A DNA stretch of 64,000 bases from a virus (lineage: Duplodnaviria; Caudoviricetes), in the IMG/VR virus record IMGVR_UViG_2974513674_000001, positions 1-64,000 of that record; one strand, written 5' to 3'. Position 1 is the first letter of the stretch; the number at the start of each line of letters is the position of its first letter. Shown here one piece after another: positions 8,156-17,646 of this stretch. The position numbers were made by a program, and so were the translations under genes. Under the pieces are notes generated by a model. It was not told the DNA's origin, did no database searches, and saw only the letters and a program-made list of their open reading frames with translations.

Positions 8156-9423
8156 TGAAGATCACCAACGCTGCGCCGCAGCTAAGTCCACTCGCTCAAA
8201 AGATCGGCCTGCATCCAAAGCAGGCTGAAGTCTTTCTGGACACAACCCGGTTCCGAGTTGTCGTAGCTGGCCGCCGATGGGGCAAGACCGCCCTGTCGAA
8301 GACGGAAATGATCCAGCGGGCCAAAATCCCGAACCAGAAGATTTGGTACATCGCCCCGACCTATCGGATGGCGAAGCAGATCATGTGGAACGACCTGAAG
8401 GCTTCGATCCCGCGGAAGTGGATTGTCCGCGAGCACGAAACCGAAATGTCGATCACCCTGCGGAACGGGTCGGTCATCGAGTGCAAAGGCGCCGATAACC
8501 CTGACACGCTCCGTGGTGTGGGCCTGAACTTCGTCGTGATGGACGAGTTCCAGGACATCCGCCCAGACACCTGGACCACGATCATTCGACCAACGCTGGC
8601 GAAGGACCGCGGCGAAGCCTTGTTCATCGGCACGCCGAAAGCCTACAACCAGTTGTATGAGGTCTATCAGTTCGGCCAGGACGAAGCCCGCAAAGCCTGG
8701 TCCTCGTATCAGTTCCCGACGATCACTTCGCCGTTCATTCCCGAATCGGAAATCATCGAAGCTCGTCGAGACATGGACCCGCGGACTTTCCGTCAGGAGT
8801 TCGAGGCATCCTTCGAGACCATGAGCGGTCGGGTCTACTACCCGTTCGACCGTCACGTTCACTGCGACCCGGCGATCAAGTTCAACCCGGGCCGGCCGAT
8901 CTACGTTGGCGTCGACTTCAACATCGACCCGATGTCCGCGTGCATCATGCAGCCGCAAACCAACGGTGAGCTGCACGTTGTGGACGAGATTTTCCTGCAC
9001 AACTCGAACACCCTGGAAGTCTGCGAGGAACTGGAGAAGCGGTACTGGCGCTACATGAGCCAGATCACAATCTTCCCTGACCCGGCCGGCGCTGCACGTC
9101 AGCACGCTCGCGGTGAGTCCGACCTTGAAATCTTCCGTCAGAAGGGCTTCAACCGGATCAAGTTCCGCCGGAAGCACCCGCTGATCGCTGACCGTGTGAA
9201 CAGCGTGAACCGTCTGCTGCAAGACGCTTCAGGCAAGATCACGCTCAAGGTTCACCCAGGTTGCACGAACGTGGTTCAATCGCTTGAGCAGACGCTGTAC
9301 AAGGCTGGTAGTCGAGACATCGACAAGGCTGCAAGCATGGAGCACATCACGGACGCAATGGGCTACTGCATCGAATTGGAACACCCGGTCAAGAAAATCG
9401 TCCTGGTTGGGCACTCTCTATAA
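8155..9423 (+). CDS. terL: terminase large subunit
   Basis: AGRRWGKT, LRGVGLNFVVMDE, GTP, nuclease GVDFN and HITDAMGY. Confidence 0.95.
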   Translation: MKITNAAPQLSPLAQKIGLHPKQAEVFLDTTRFRVVVAGRRWGKTALSKTEMIQRAKIPNQKIWYIAPTYRMAKQIMWNDLKASIPRKWIVREHETEMSITLRNGSVIECKGADNPDTLRGVGLNFVVMDEFQDIRPDTWTTIIRPTLAKDRGEALFIGTPKAYNQLYEVYQFGQDEARKAWSSYQFPTITSPFIPESEIIEARRDMDPRTFRQEFEASFETMSGRVYYPFDRHVHCDPAIKFNPGRPIYVGVDFNIDPMSACIMQPQTNGELHVVDEIFLHNSNTLEVCEELEKRYWRYMSQITIFPDPAGAARQHARGESDLEIFRQKGFNRIKFRRKHPLIADRVNSVNRLLQDASGKITLKVHPGCTNVVQSLEQTLYKAGSRDIDKAASMEHITDAMGYCIELEHPVKKIVLVGHSL

Positions 9424-9427
9424 TCGC

Positions 9428-9461
9428 TTGCACTATGGTTTGGACTTCCTTACCATAGTGC
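9428..9461 (+). promoter_or_regulatory. promoter TTGCAC-N17-TACCAT overlapped by a 10-bp inverted repeat
   Basis: GCACTATGGT...ACCATAGTGC spans both hexamers upstream of the portal gene. Confidence 0.5.
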
Positions 9462-9482
9462 CATTCAAAAGTGGACACTAAA

Positions 9483-11081
9483 ATGCCGATTGACAGTAAA
9501 CAGGCAAAAGCCATAGTCGACCGCAAGCACCCCCTCTTCGTGGAGCTGGTGCCGCATTGGTGTTTCATGGAAGCCAGTTACAAGGGCGGCCGTGGTTGGT
9601 TCGAGAAGAACATCTTCCGCTACATCAAGGAAGGTGATCGCGAATACAAGGACCGCGTCGAGCGTGCCTATCGCTTCAACCACACCCGTGAAACCGTCGA
9701 CCTGGTCAACAAGTACCTCTTCCGCGCCCCGATCAACCGCAAGGTCGATGACGCACCGAAGTCCGTCCAGAAGTTCTGGAAGAAAGTGGACAGCACCGGT
9801 CTGGACATCGACGAGTTCATGCGCGTGGTGTCGCTGAAGCAGTCCATCTTCGGTCGTCCCTGGATTGTGATCGACAACCGGGTGACTGCTGCTGCGATCC
9901 CTGAAGACGCATCGGTTGCAGAAGTCCCAGAAGCTGACCTGTACGCTTATCTCGTCCCACCGCAGCAAGTGCCCGACTACGCATTCGACGAGTCTGGTGA
10001 GCTTCTGTGGGTGCTTATCGAAGAGCACGTTCGGGATGACGCTGACCCAATCAACGGTTCCGGCGCTCTGTCGTCTCGCTACCGTCTGTGGACACGCGAA
10101 GAGTGGCTGCTGATCGAGTTCAAGAAGGGCGCAGGCAAGTCCGGCGGTAAGTGGGAGCAGACTGGCTACGGTCGTCATGACCTGGGCCTGGTTCCTGTGA
10201 TCCCGGCGAACAACAGCATCGGTAGCGACAAGTGGGATTGCCCAGCCTTGATCGCTGACGTTGCGTACCTCGACCGCGCAGTCTCGAACTACGCCTCGAA
10301 CCTTGACGCGATCATCCAGGACCAGGCGTTCTCCCAACTGGCAATGCCAGCACAGGGCGTACTGCCAGGCGATGACGCCTACAACAAGGTTCTGGAAATG
10401 GGCACCAAGCGGGTGTTCCTGTACGACGGTGAAGCGGGCAACGCCCCAGTCTTCCTGTCTCCAGACCCGCGCCAAGCAACTCTGATCCTGTCGGCCATTG
10501 GTCAACTGATCAACGAAATCTACCACTCGGTGGGCCTGGCTGGTGAACGCACCAAGCAGGACAACTCGAAGGGTATCGACAACAGCTCCGGTGTTGCGAA
10601 GACCAAGGACTTCGAGCGCGTAGTCGCTCTGCTGTCCGCTAAGGCCGACGCTCTGGAAGTGGTCGAGTACAAGATGATGCAGATTATCGCTGCATGGTCC
10701 GGGGAAACCTTGCCAGAAGGCACAAATCTGGTAACTTACCCAGTAGAGAGCCAATTCGACGTGCGCACCATGTACGACGAACTGGACACCGCGATGAAGC
10801 TGCGCCTGATGGGTCTCCCGCCAGGTGTGATGGAAGAGCAAGTCAACCGCCTGATCGCCAAGCTGTTCCCTGATCTGGCAGAAGACGTGGTCAAGAAACT
10901 TCGCGAGGAAGTGAAAGAGTGGTCCAACGAACCTACGGAGCAAGAGAAAGCTGCGCAGGCTGCCGGGACTGGTTCTGAAACCTCCAAGCGTGTTGTGGAA
11001 GAAGCCAAGCGCGACCGCGCTGGCGCCTCCCAGAAGAAAAGTGATACCCAAAGCCGAGAGACCGGCAAAACCAACGGCTAA
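9483..11081 (+). CDS. portal protein
   Basis: Follows terL; about 530 aa; HDLGLVPVIP and SGVAK motifs typical of SPP1-like portals. Confidence 0.85.
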   Translation: MPIDSKQAKAIVDRKHPLFVELVPHWCFMEASYKGGRGWFEKNIFRYIKEGDREYKDRVERAYRFNHTRETVDLVNKYLFRAPINRKVDDAPKSVQKFWKKVDSTGLDIDEFMRVVSLKQSIFGRPWIVIDNRVTAAAIPEDASVAEVPEADLYAYLVPPQQVPDYAFDESGELLWVLIEEHVRDDADPINGSGALSSRYRLWTREEWLLIEFKKGAGKSGGKWEQTGYGRHDLGLVPVIPANNSIGSDKWDCPALIADVAYLDRAVSNYASNLDAIIQDQAFSQLAMPAQGVLPGDDAYNKVLEMGTKRVFLYDGEAGNAPVFLSPDPRQATLILSAIGQLINEIYHSVGLAGERTKQDNSKGIDNSSGVAKTKDFERVVALLSAKADALEVVEYKMMQIIAAWSGETLPEGTNLVTYPVESQFDVRTMYDELDTAMKLRLMGLPPGVMEEQVNRLIAKLFPDLAEDVVKKLREEVKEWSNEPTEQEKAAQAAGTGSETSKRVVEEAKRDRAGASQKKSDTQSRETGKTNG

Positions 11082-11104
11082 GTGAACAGCCAGGAGATTC
11101 AAAT

Positions 11105-11986
11105 ATGCACCGTAATCTGATCAAGCTCTTGGGCCGCGCTGGCGTCTACCTCGAAGAGAACGATGGCAACGGTAACGATCTTGGCGGTGGTGGTGAAAAC
11201 CAACCAACCGCAGAAGAAATCGCTGCTGCTGAAAAGGCCAAAGCCGACAAGGCTGAAGCTGACCGTCTGGAAGCCGAGAAGAACAAGCAAAACCCGGGTG
11301 ACGGCAAACCCTCCGATGCAGAAGCGAAACTGCTGAAGGAGCTGATGGCACTGAAGGCCAAGCAGAAAGCTGCTGACGACGAGCTGAAGGCGTACAAAGA
11401 CGCTGCCGGTGAATCGAAGCCTGAAGAGCTGAAGGCGTTGATCGAAGCCAAGAAAAGCGCCGAGCGCGAGGCTTTGGAAAAACGTGGCGAGTACGACCGC
11501 ATTCTGGAGCAGGTCAAAACCGAGCACGCGAAGGAAATCGAAACTCTGAAAGACCAGTTGGCCGCCAGTGAGCTGCTGCTGTCTCAGAAGGACGAGAGCC
11601 TTGTGAACCTGACCGTTGGCCGCTCTTTCAGCGAAAGCGCGTTCATCCGTGAGAAGTCCCTGATCCCGGCATCCATCGCCCGGAAAGAGTTCGGCTCTCA
11701 CGTAGACATCGTGGACGGTGCGGCTGTCGTGTACGACAAGCCACGCGGTGCCGCCGAGCGTACCCCGCTGGTTGGTGCTGATGGCAAGCCAAAATCGTTT
11801 GAAGATGGCATTGCGGCGTTGTATGCTGCACACCCGGAAGCCGCCGCGATGATTCGCGCTCAGAGCAAGCCAGGTGCAGGTTCGCAGAACGCTGATTTGG
11901 GCGGCAAGCAACCAGACGACAAGTCGAAAGACGTTGGCTATGGTGCTGCTCGAATTGCTGCGGGTTTGGCCAAGAAAAATCAGTAA
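11105..11986 (+). CDS. capsid scaffolding protein
   Basis: Coiled-coil, charged; lies between portal and capsid genes. Confidence 0.75.
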   Translation: MHRNLIKLLGRAGVYLEENDGNGNDLGGGGENQPTAEEIAAAEKAKADKAEADRLEAEKNKQNPGDGKPSDAEAKLLKELMALKAKQKAADDELKAYKDAAGESKPEELKALIEAKKSAEREALEKRGEYDRILEQVKTEHAKEIETLKDQLAASELLLSQKDESLVNLTVGRSFSESAFIREKSLIPASIARKEFGSHVDIVDGAAVVYDKPRGAAERTPLVGADGKPKSFEDGIAALYAAHPEAAAMIRAQSKPGAGSQNADLGGKQPDDKSKDVGYGAARIAAGLAKKNQ

Positions 11987-12055
11987 GAGCCTGATAGGTT
12001 CGGTGCTGATAGGTAATGAACCCAATTGATTCAAATCTAACGAAGGAGTTAGACA

Positions 12056-12958
12056 ATGCCACTGTTGCGCGAAGTAGCTGAAAAGCTTTCCCAAGAGGAA
12101 ATGCTCCGCGGCGTCATCGAGGAAATCATCGACCGTGATGATCTGCTCGCTCTGCTGCCGTTCGCACGCACCGAGGGTAAAGCCCTGGTGTACATCCGTG
12201 AACTGACCAACAGCGAAGGTAGCTTCCTGGACGTCAACGAAGTTGTGCCAGAAGGCACCAGCGACGTTGAAGAAGTCGTTACCAAGCTGCGTATCCTGGC
12301 TGGCGACGTCGATGTCGATAAATTCATCGACGAGACCATGAGCGACAAGAACAGCCAGTTGGCTCTTCAGATCGCCATGAAGGCTAAGGGCATGGCCCGT
12401 ACCTTCCGCCGCGCAGTTGTCCAGGGCAACAGCGTTACCGATCCGAAGTCGTTCGACGGTATCGAGAAGCTGGTTGCCGACACCGGTAACTTCTTCGAGG
12501 CCGGCCTTAACGGCGCCGCAATCTCCCTGTCGATGCTCGACGAGCTGATCGACAAGCTGGAAGGCCGTCGCCCTGACGCTCTGATGATGCGTACCGGCAC
12601 CCTGCGTGCTCTGAAAGCCCTGTGGCGCCTGGCTGGTGGTAACACCGGTGGTATGCTGCAAATCGAGAACTTCGGCATGATGCCGGCTCACGATGGCATC
12701 CCGATCATCATCAACGACTTCATCCCTGTGAAGGCTCAGGGCACTACCGCCAACACCTGTTCGGTCTACGCTCTGCGCCTGAACGAAGTTGACGGTCTGC
12801 ACGGCCTGTACGGCGGCGCCTCTGCTGGTATCCGTGTCGAAGACATCGGCACCGTGCAGAACAAAGACGCCACCCGTACTCGCCTGAAGTGGTACTGCGG
12901 CCTGGCGCTGAAGTCCACCAAATCGCTGGCTGCCGTCAAAGGCATCACCAACGTGTAA
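12056..12958 (+). CDS. major capsid protein (HK97 fold)
   Basis: Strong RBS; ILAGDVDVDKFI, FDGIEKL, RLKWYCGLAL motifs; followed by a terminator. Confidence 0.9.
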   Translation: MPLLREVAEKLSQEEMLRGVIEEIIDRDDLLALLPFARTEGKALVYIRELTNSEGSFLDVNEVVPEGTSDVEEVVTKLRILAGDVDVDKFIDETMSDKNSQLALQIAMKAKGMARTFRRAVVQGNSVTDPKSFDGIEKLVADTGNFFEAGLNGAAISLSMLDELIDKLEGRRPDALMMRTGTLRALKALWRLAGGNTGGMLQIENFGMMPAHDGIPIIINDFIPVKAQGTTANTCSVYALRLNEVDGLHGLYGGASAGIRVEDIGTVQNKDATRTRLKWYCGLALKSTKSLAAVKGITNV

Positions 12959-12986
12959 GGTGGCAGGTTGCCTCGGCAACTGCTAT

Positions 12987-13017
12987 AAAGGGGGCTTGGG
13001 AAACCAGCCCCCTTTTT
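12987..13017 (+). terminator. intrinsic terminator after the capsid gene
   Basis: GGGGGCTTGG-GAAA-CCAGCCCCC followed by TTTTT. Confidence 0.8.
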
Positions 13018-13042
13018 CATACCCAAAATATGAGGAAACACC

Positions 13043-13684
13043 ATGAAAATTCGTATCATTGATCCAGGCTTCGCAGGCTTCAACGGCCACCTGGGCACCG
13101 CCTTCTTCGTCGATGGCGTCTGCGATGACGTTTCCGCGAGCGAAGCTGAGCGCATGGCTTCCATCGTCGCCATCGAAGAAGTGGACACCGGTCTGAACCC
13201 GTCCGTCACTCAGCGCATGGTTGACCTGGTCAACAAGAACGCCGACGAAATGGGCATCAACTCGAACGAGGTTCTGGTGCGCTCGTCCACCGCTCCTGTC
13301 GTCCAGCCGACCGCCCCGCACGAAGTCACTGCCGAACAAGCGCCGGTGGTCAATGAGCAGCCGAAGGGCCTGAGCTACGACTACACCAAGGAAGACCTGG
13401 CCGCTCTCGCTGACCGCGAAGGCATCGCCGGTATCCGTGCGTTCGCCAGCCAGTACAACATCAACGGCCGCAGCCTGAATGGCATCATTCAAGAGCTGAT
13501 GGACCTGAAGGCAGTCCACAACAAGCCTGCACGGGCCGAAGTCGTGGAGCAGCCGGTGGTTGAAGAGCCGGTGATCGAGCAGCCTGAAGTCGAAGACGAC
13601 CTGGAAGAAGAAGTCGAGCTGGTTGAAGACGAGCCAGTCGTCGAAACTCCGGTTGTTGAAGACGACCTGGAAGACAAGGAGTAA
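13043..13684 (+). CDS. virion-associated hypothetical protein with acidic E/V/P repeats
   Basis: Good RBS; C-terminal VVEQPVVEEP/EDDLE repeats. Confidence 0.7.
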   Translation: MKIRIIDPGFAGFNGHLGTAFFVDGVCDDVSASEAERMASIVAIEEVDTGLNPSVTQRMVDLVNKNADEMGINSNEVLVRSSTAPVVQPTAPHEVTAEQAPVVNEQPKGLSYDYTKEDLAALADREGIAGIRAFASQYNINGRSLNGIIQELMDLKAVHNKPARAEVVEQPVVEEPVIEQPEVEDDLEEEVELVEDEPVVETPVVEDDLEDKE

Positions 13685-13689
13685 GAGCA

Positions 13690-14475
13690 ATGGCGGACGT
13701 TCTCAAGAGCGGTTCCGCCCTGACTCTGCCTTTGGCCGAGAGCGATGCCGATGCGGTGTCGCTTACGGTTGAGATTGCAGGTGCAGTGGTTTGGGGACCA
13801 ACCCAGCTCAATATCCAGGGCAACACCGTCACCTTTCCCGCAGAAGCCTCTGTAATCACCGAGACCAGCGCCTTCGCCTACTTCGTCGTGAAGTACACCA
13901 AGGCCGGCGAAGTGATCAAGGAAGACCGGAACGAGGTCATCATCGAATCCCAGGACTTGCTCCGGGTACTCGACAACTCGTTCGGCACCTGGGCTGATCT
14001 GTCTCTGGCAGCTCGCTACATGGTCAACATCGTTCCGTTCAACCTGAGCGAACCTGACCAGCAGAAGGCGGCGCTGATCCAGGCGTATCACAACATCGGT
14101 GACGTGCATGTGGACTTCTGTCCTCCGCATCGTCGTGCGCGCTACCAGCCGCAGAACCGTATGTGGGACGACACCGGCATCTTCGAGAGCAACCTGGAGC
14201 GAATCTACTCGACCCGGCAACTCAAGCCTGAAACCTGGGCTCGGGTACACCAGGACAAGAAAGACTCGCTGATCAAGGCTCAGATCATCGAAGCCAACTT
14301 CCTCCTGTCGGGCCTGACGCCTGAGAAGCAGCGACTGTCCGGTCTGCTGTCTCACAGCGCCGGCGAATCCGCTCACTTCTACCGCACGACCAAGCCGCTG
14401 GAACTCCCGGTGTGCCGTGCAACTGCTCTCGCCTTGAAAGGGATTATCAGTTATGTCACACGCATCGCGGGATAA
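13690..14475 (+). CDS. putative head-tail adaptor
   Basis: Position; C-terminal half has a KAALIQA...KAQIIEA...GES connector-like pattern. Confidence 0.6.
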   Translation: MADVLKSGSALTLPLAESDADAVSLTVEIAGAVVWGPTQLNIQGNTVTFPAEASVITETSAFAYFVVKYTKAGEVIKEDRNEVIIESQDLLRVLDNSFGTWADLSLAARYMVNIVPFNLSEPDQQKAALIQAYHNIGDVHVDFCPPHRRARYQPQNRMWDDTGIFESNLERIYSTRQLKPETWARVHQDKKDSLIKAQIIEANFLLSGLTPEKQRLSGLLSHSAGESAHFYRTTKPLELPVCRATALALKGIISYVTRIAG

Positions 14476-15157
14476 CGCTGACCTCACCGGCCGCGTGGCT
14501 CGCATTCGTGCGGGCTATGCTCAGTTCGAGACCACTCTTCGTGGCGCTGTCGTCGAGTTGCTGGCCGGCCTGGGCAGCGGCGTCCACACGATGATGTCCA
14601 TGAACCAGGTGATCGAGCGTGTTGGCCAGAACTACATCGCTGCCAGCCGTCAAGACATCCTGGAAGACCTGGGCAAAGTCTCTGAGAGCGCGTTAGAGAC
14701 GAGCCAAGCGCTGAGCAGTGAACTGATCACCCCGAAAGCTCTTTCAGTCGCTGACGCGCTTCACAGGGGCTTTGCCGCTGAGATTGATAGCGTCGTATCG
14801 CGTGCAGTTGCGCGAGACGTAAAGACAGCGCTGGAATTCGTGCGGCATCAGTTGCTAGCCGGCCGATTCACTGCAACTTCCGACCAGCTCACTCATGACC
14901 TGACCTTCAACTTCACGGGCAAGATGACTATCCCAACCGTCGAGTACGTGGGCCGGGAAGTGAACTGGGCATACCGCAGCCAGTACAACACCATCATGGT
15001 GCATACGCTGCTGGCCCGGGAGGTCGATTCAGCAGTAGTCGATGGCGGCAGCAAGGCGGGTGACGTGGTGGACCTGATGAAGTTCGACCAGGTGCAAGGG
15101 AAATATTTCCACCATAACTCGAAATCCCTTCTCCAACCCCTTGACGTAGGCATATAA
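14453..15157 (+). CDS. hypothetical morphogenesis protein
   Basis: 234-aa ORF coupled within the neck cluster. Confidence 0.65.
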   Translation: MSHASRDNADLTGRVARIRAGYAQFETTLRGAVVELLAGLGSGVHTMMSMNQVIERVGQNYIAASRQDILEDLGKVSESALETSQALSSELITPKALSVADALHRGFAAEIDSVVSRAVARDVKTALEFVRHQLLAGRFTATSDQLTHDLTFNFTGKMTIPTVEYVGREVNWAYRSQYNTIMVHTLLAREVDSAVVDGGSKAGDVVDLMKFDQVQGKYFHHNSKSLLQPLDVGI

Positions 15158-15516
15158 TGTCGGGCATGAGCGCATTCATTCCTACGACCATCGGGTTTCT
15201 CAAGCGCGCCGGCGAAGACTTCACTGTCACCGGCGACCGACTCTATGGCGATCCAGTGAAGGTTGGTCTGTCTGTAGTCCGTGTGACGGACAACATGCAG
15301 CATACCTCCGTGCGTGCTGACACCTCCGGCTCGAAGTCCTACGCGGACGAGAACGTGGAGCAAGGTCGGGCACTGGTACACCCGAAGGTGGAACCCAAGA
15401 TTGGCGACCTGCTGATCATCGGGAAAGACACCTACGAGGTCACCGGCGTTCGACCTGTCTACGACATGCACGGCGGCGTCGACCACTACCAGACTGAGCT
15501 GTCTACATGGGTCTGA
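15157..15516 (+). CDS. putative head closure protein
   Basis: Small beta-rich protein with PKIGDLLIIG..YEV motif; position. Confidence 0.6.
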   Translation: MSGMSAFIPTTIGFLKRAGEDFTVTGDRLYGDPVKVGLSVVRVTDNMQHTSVRADTSGSKSYADENVEQGRALVHPKVEPKIGDLLIIGKDTYEVTGVRPVYDMHGGVDHYQTELSTWV

Positions 15517-15959
15517 AGGTGAGCGGTCTGGAACGAGTGAGGAAAAACCTCGCTCGAACCGAGCAGAAGGCCAAAGCTGGATCACTCCAGGGCCTTCGCG
15601 AAGCCGCTCAGATCGTTGTTGAGGAAGCCCGGAAAAACGCGCCAATCGACAAAGGCGACCTTGAGAACGCAATCGTCGCAGTGGAGTCCAGGGAACGGAC
15701 TTCGCTGGGCCGGTTCGGTCAGACGCAGATTCAGGTAGGCGTGGACGTGTCCAAGCTGAACCTGGAGCAGCACGGCGGGTATGACTACTCGATCAAGATG
15801 CACGAAGACCCGAATTACAACCTTGGGCCGTTGTCCCAGGCGAAGCAGAACAATAGCTCGAACACCGTTGGCTACAAGTACCTGGCGCGAGCGCTGAAGG
15901 ACAAGACCAAAGAGGCTCGGGCGGCGATTGAGGCGGCAATCAGGAGAGCAATGAAGTGA
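15507..15959 (+). CDS. HK97 gp10-like tail completion protein
   Basis: KVSGLERV...ARKNAPIDKGDLENAI...KYLARAL. Confidence 0.75.
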   Translation: MGLKVSGLERVRKNLARTEQKAKAGSLQGLREAAQIVVEEARKNAPIDKGDLENAIVAVESRERTSLGRFGQTQIQVGVDVSKLNLEQHGGYDYSIKMHEDPNYNLGPLSQAKQNNSSNTVGYKYLARALKDKTKEARAAIEAAIRRAMK

Positions 15960-16333
15960 AACTTGAAAGCGCCATCGTCGCATTGATCCAACAATCTGGC
16001 CTGGGAATCCCGGGCAAGAACCTGTTTCACACCCACATGCCGGCGGGTAATGCCAAAGGCATCTTGGTGATGGCTCGCGTACCTGTCATGATTGACCCGT
16101 ACACGGACCTGAGAAAAGGCACTTTCCAAGTCATCGTGCGAGCGGCTAACATCCTGGACGCGAGCGGCCTGGCTACGCAGCTTATGCCCGTACTGACGAC
16201 CGAAGGAGCACGGCAGGGTGGAGTGAGATTTCTCTTCATCAAGCCGGAGCATGACCCATTGGTGTTTCCACGCACCGAAGGAGGCCAGTTCGAGGCTTCC
16301 GTGAACTACAATTTTGCAGCTAACTGGGAGTAA
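15956..16333 (+). CDS. tail terminator-like protein
   Basis: Position before the major tail protein; FQVIVRA motif. Confidence 0.6.
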   Translation: MKLESAIVALIQQSGLGIPGKNLFHTHMPAGNAKGILVMARVPVMIDPYTDLRKGTFQVIVRAANILDASGLATQLMPVLTTEGARQGGVRFLFIKPEHDPLVFPRTEGGQFEASVNYNFAANWE

Positions 16334-16340
16334 CCCGAAA

Positions 16341-16883
16341 ATGGCATCGAGTACCGAAAACATCCGCATGGGCACTTGCCGTGTCATCTATGACGGCAAA
16401 GACCTGGGCTTCACCACCGGTGGTGTTGAAGTAGCGGTAGCGACCACTACCCACGAAACCAAGGTGGACCAGTTCGGCGACACCGTCGCGAACGAATACA
16501 TCATGGGTCGTACCATCACCATCACCTGCCCTCTGGTTGAGACCACCCTGGAAAACATGGCGGCCATCATCCCTGGTGCAACCCTGGTGAGCGACAACAC
16601 CGACCCGCTGAACCCGAAGAAGAACGTGATCGTTACTTCCGGTACTGGCCTGTCGCTGCTTGAGCGCGCCAAGACCCTGACCCTGCACCCGATTGCCAAC
16701 CTGCCGACTGACTACTCGGAAGACCTGGTGATCCCTCTGGCAGCTACCGCTGGCGCGATGAACTTCGCGTACAAGTACGACGCCGAGCGGGTGTTCAACT
16801 GCGAGTTCAAGGGCTACCCGGATTCCGAAACCGGCATCCTCTTCACCTACGGCGACAAAGCTGTTACCGTCAACGTACCTTAA
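16341..16883 (+). CDS. major tail tube protein
   Basis: DLGFTTGGVEV...VDQFG motif; precedes the chaperone and tape measure genes. Confidence 0.8.
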   Translation: MASSTENIRMGTCRVIYDGKDLGFTTGGVEVAVATTTHETKVDQFGDTVANEYIMGRTITITCPLVETTLENMAAIIPGATLVSDNTDPLNPKKNVIVTSGTGLSLLERAKTLTLHPIANLPTDYSEDLVIPLAATAGAMNFAYKYDAERVFNCEFKGYPDSETGILFTYGDKAVTVNVP

Positions 16884-16934
16884 TCACCCCTACCAAGCGC
16901 CCCTCCTGTGGGGCGCTGCACTGGAGCTTAAACA

Positions 16935-17312
16935 ATGGATCTTCTGAACCTTGACGAACTGGTTGAACTGGAACGTCGCGTAGCAATCCGCGGTACTGAA
17001 TACGCAATCGTTGAACGCTCTGTCGGCGTAATGCTGGACAGCCTGCGGGTAGCGAAGGCAGCCACTGCCAAAGGCAAGAAGCAAACCGAAGAAGTCTTCT
17101 TCGAGAACATGATCAAGACCATTCAAACCATCATCCCGGAATGCCCGGAAGCGGTGGTACGTGGTCTGTCGATGGCCCAGATGATTGCGGTCTTCGAGTT
17201 CGCCAACCAAGACCCACAGAAGATGGCTGAAGAAGCGCTCGCCAGCCAGGAAGCCCGCCTGAACAACGGCGTCGTAGAAAGCGAAAGCGAAGTCGAAGCC
17301 CCAAAGGCTTAA
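16935..17312 (+). CDS. tail assembly chaperone (gpG-like)
   Basis: Between the tail tube and tape measure genes; ends in a C_CCA_AAG slippery site. Confidence 0.8.
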   Translation: MDLLNLDELVELERRVAIRGTEYAIVERSVGVMLDSLRVAKAATAKGKKQTEEVFFENMIKTIQTIIPECPEAVVRGLSMAQMIAVFEFANQDPQKMAEEALASQEARLNNGVVESESEVEAPKA

Positions 17313-17644
17313 CCGTCGAGGCGCTCGACTTCTCGTTCATCTTTTCCCGCTTCTGTTGGTTTTACGGTTGGACTGATACCCATGTGCTGGCTATGCCAGC
17401 ACGTCGGTTTTGGATGATGGACAGGCAGATCGGACGAATCCAGGCAGAGAACGAAATCCGCCAGATTCAGACGAACATGCTGACCCAGCAACCGCAAAGC
17501 AAAGAGCAACTCCAGCGCGTGACCGAACACATTGGACGGCTCACCCTGGACATCGGCGAGAAAGTGACGATTCGGCGGAACGCAATCGTAGCCCCGGAAC
17601 CAAGTGCTTCCGCCAAATTTATGAAATTAACAGGCGGAGGTTAA
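17300..17644 (+). CDS. gpT-like segment, expressed as a gpGT fusion by -1 frameshift
   Basis: The -1 frame is open from the slippery heptamer (PKGLTVEALDFSFIFSRFCWFYGW...LAMPARRFW) to 17644. Confidence 0.75.
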   Translation, partial: PKGLTVEALDFSFIFSRFCWFYGWTDTHVLAMPARRFWMMDRQIGRIQAENEIRQIQTNMLTQQPQSKEQLQRVTEHIGRLTLDIGEKVTIRRNAIVAPEPSASAKFMKLTGGG

Positions 17645-17646
17645 AG

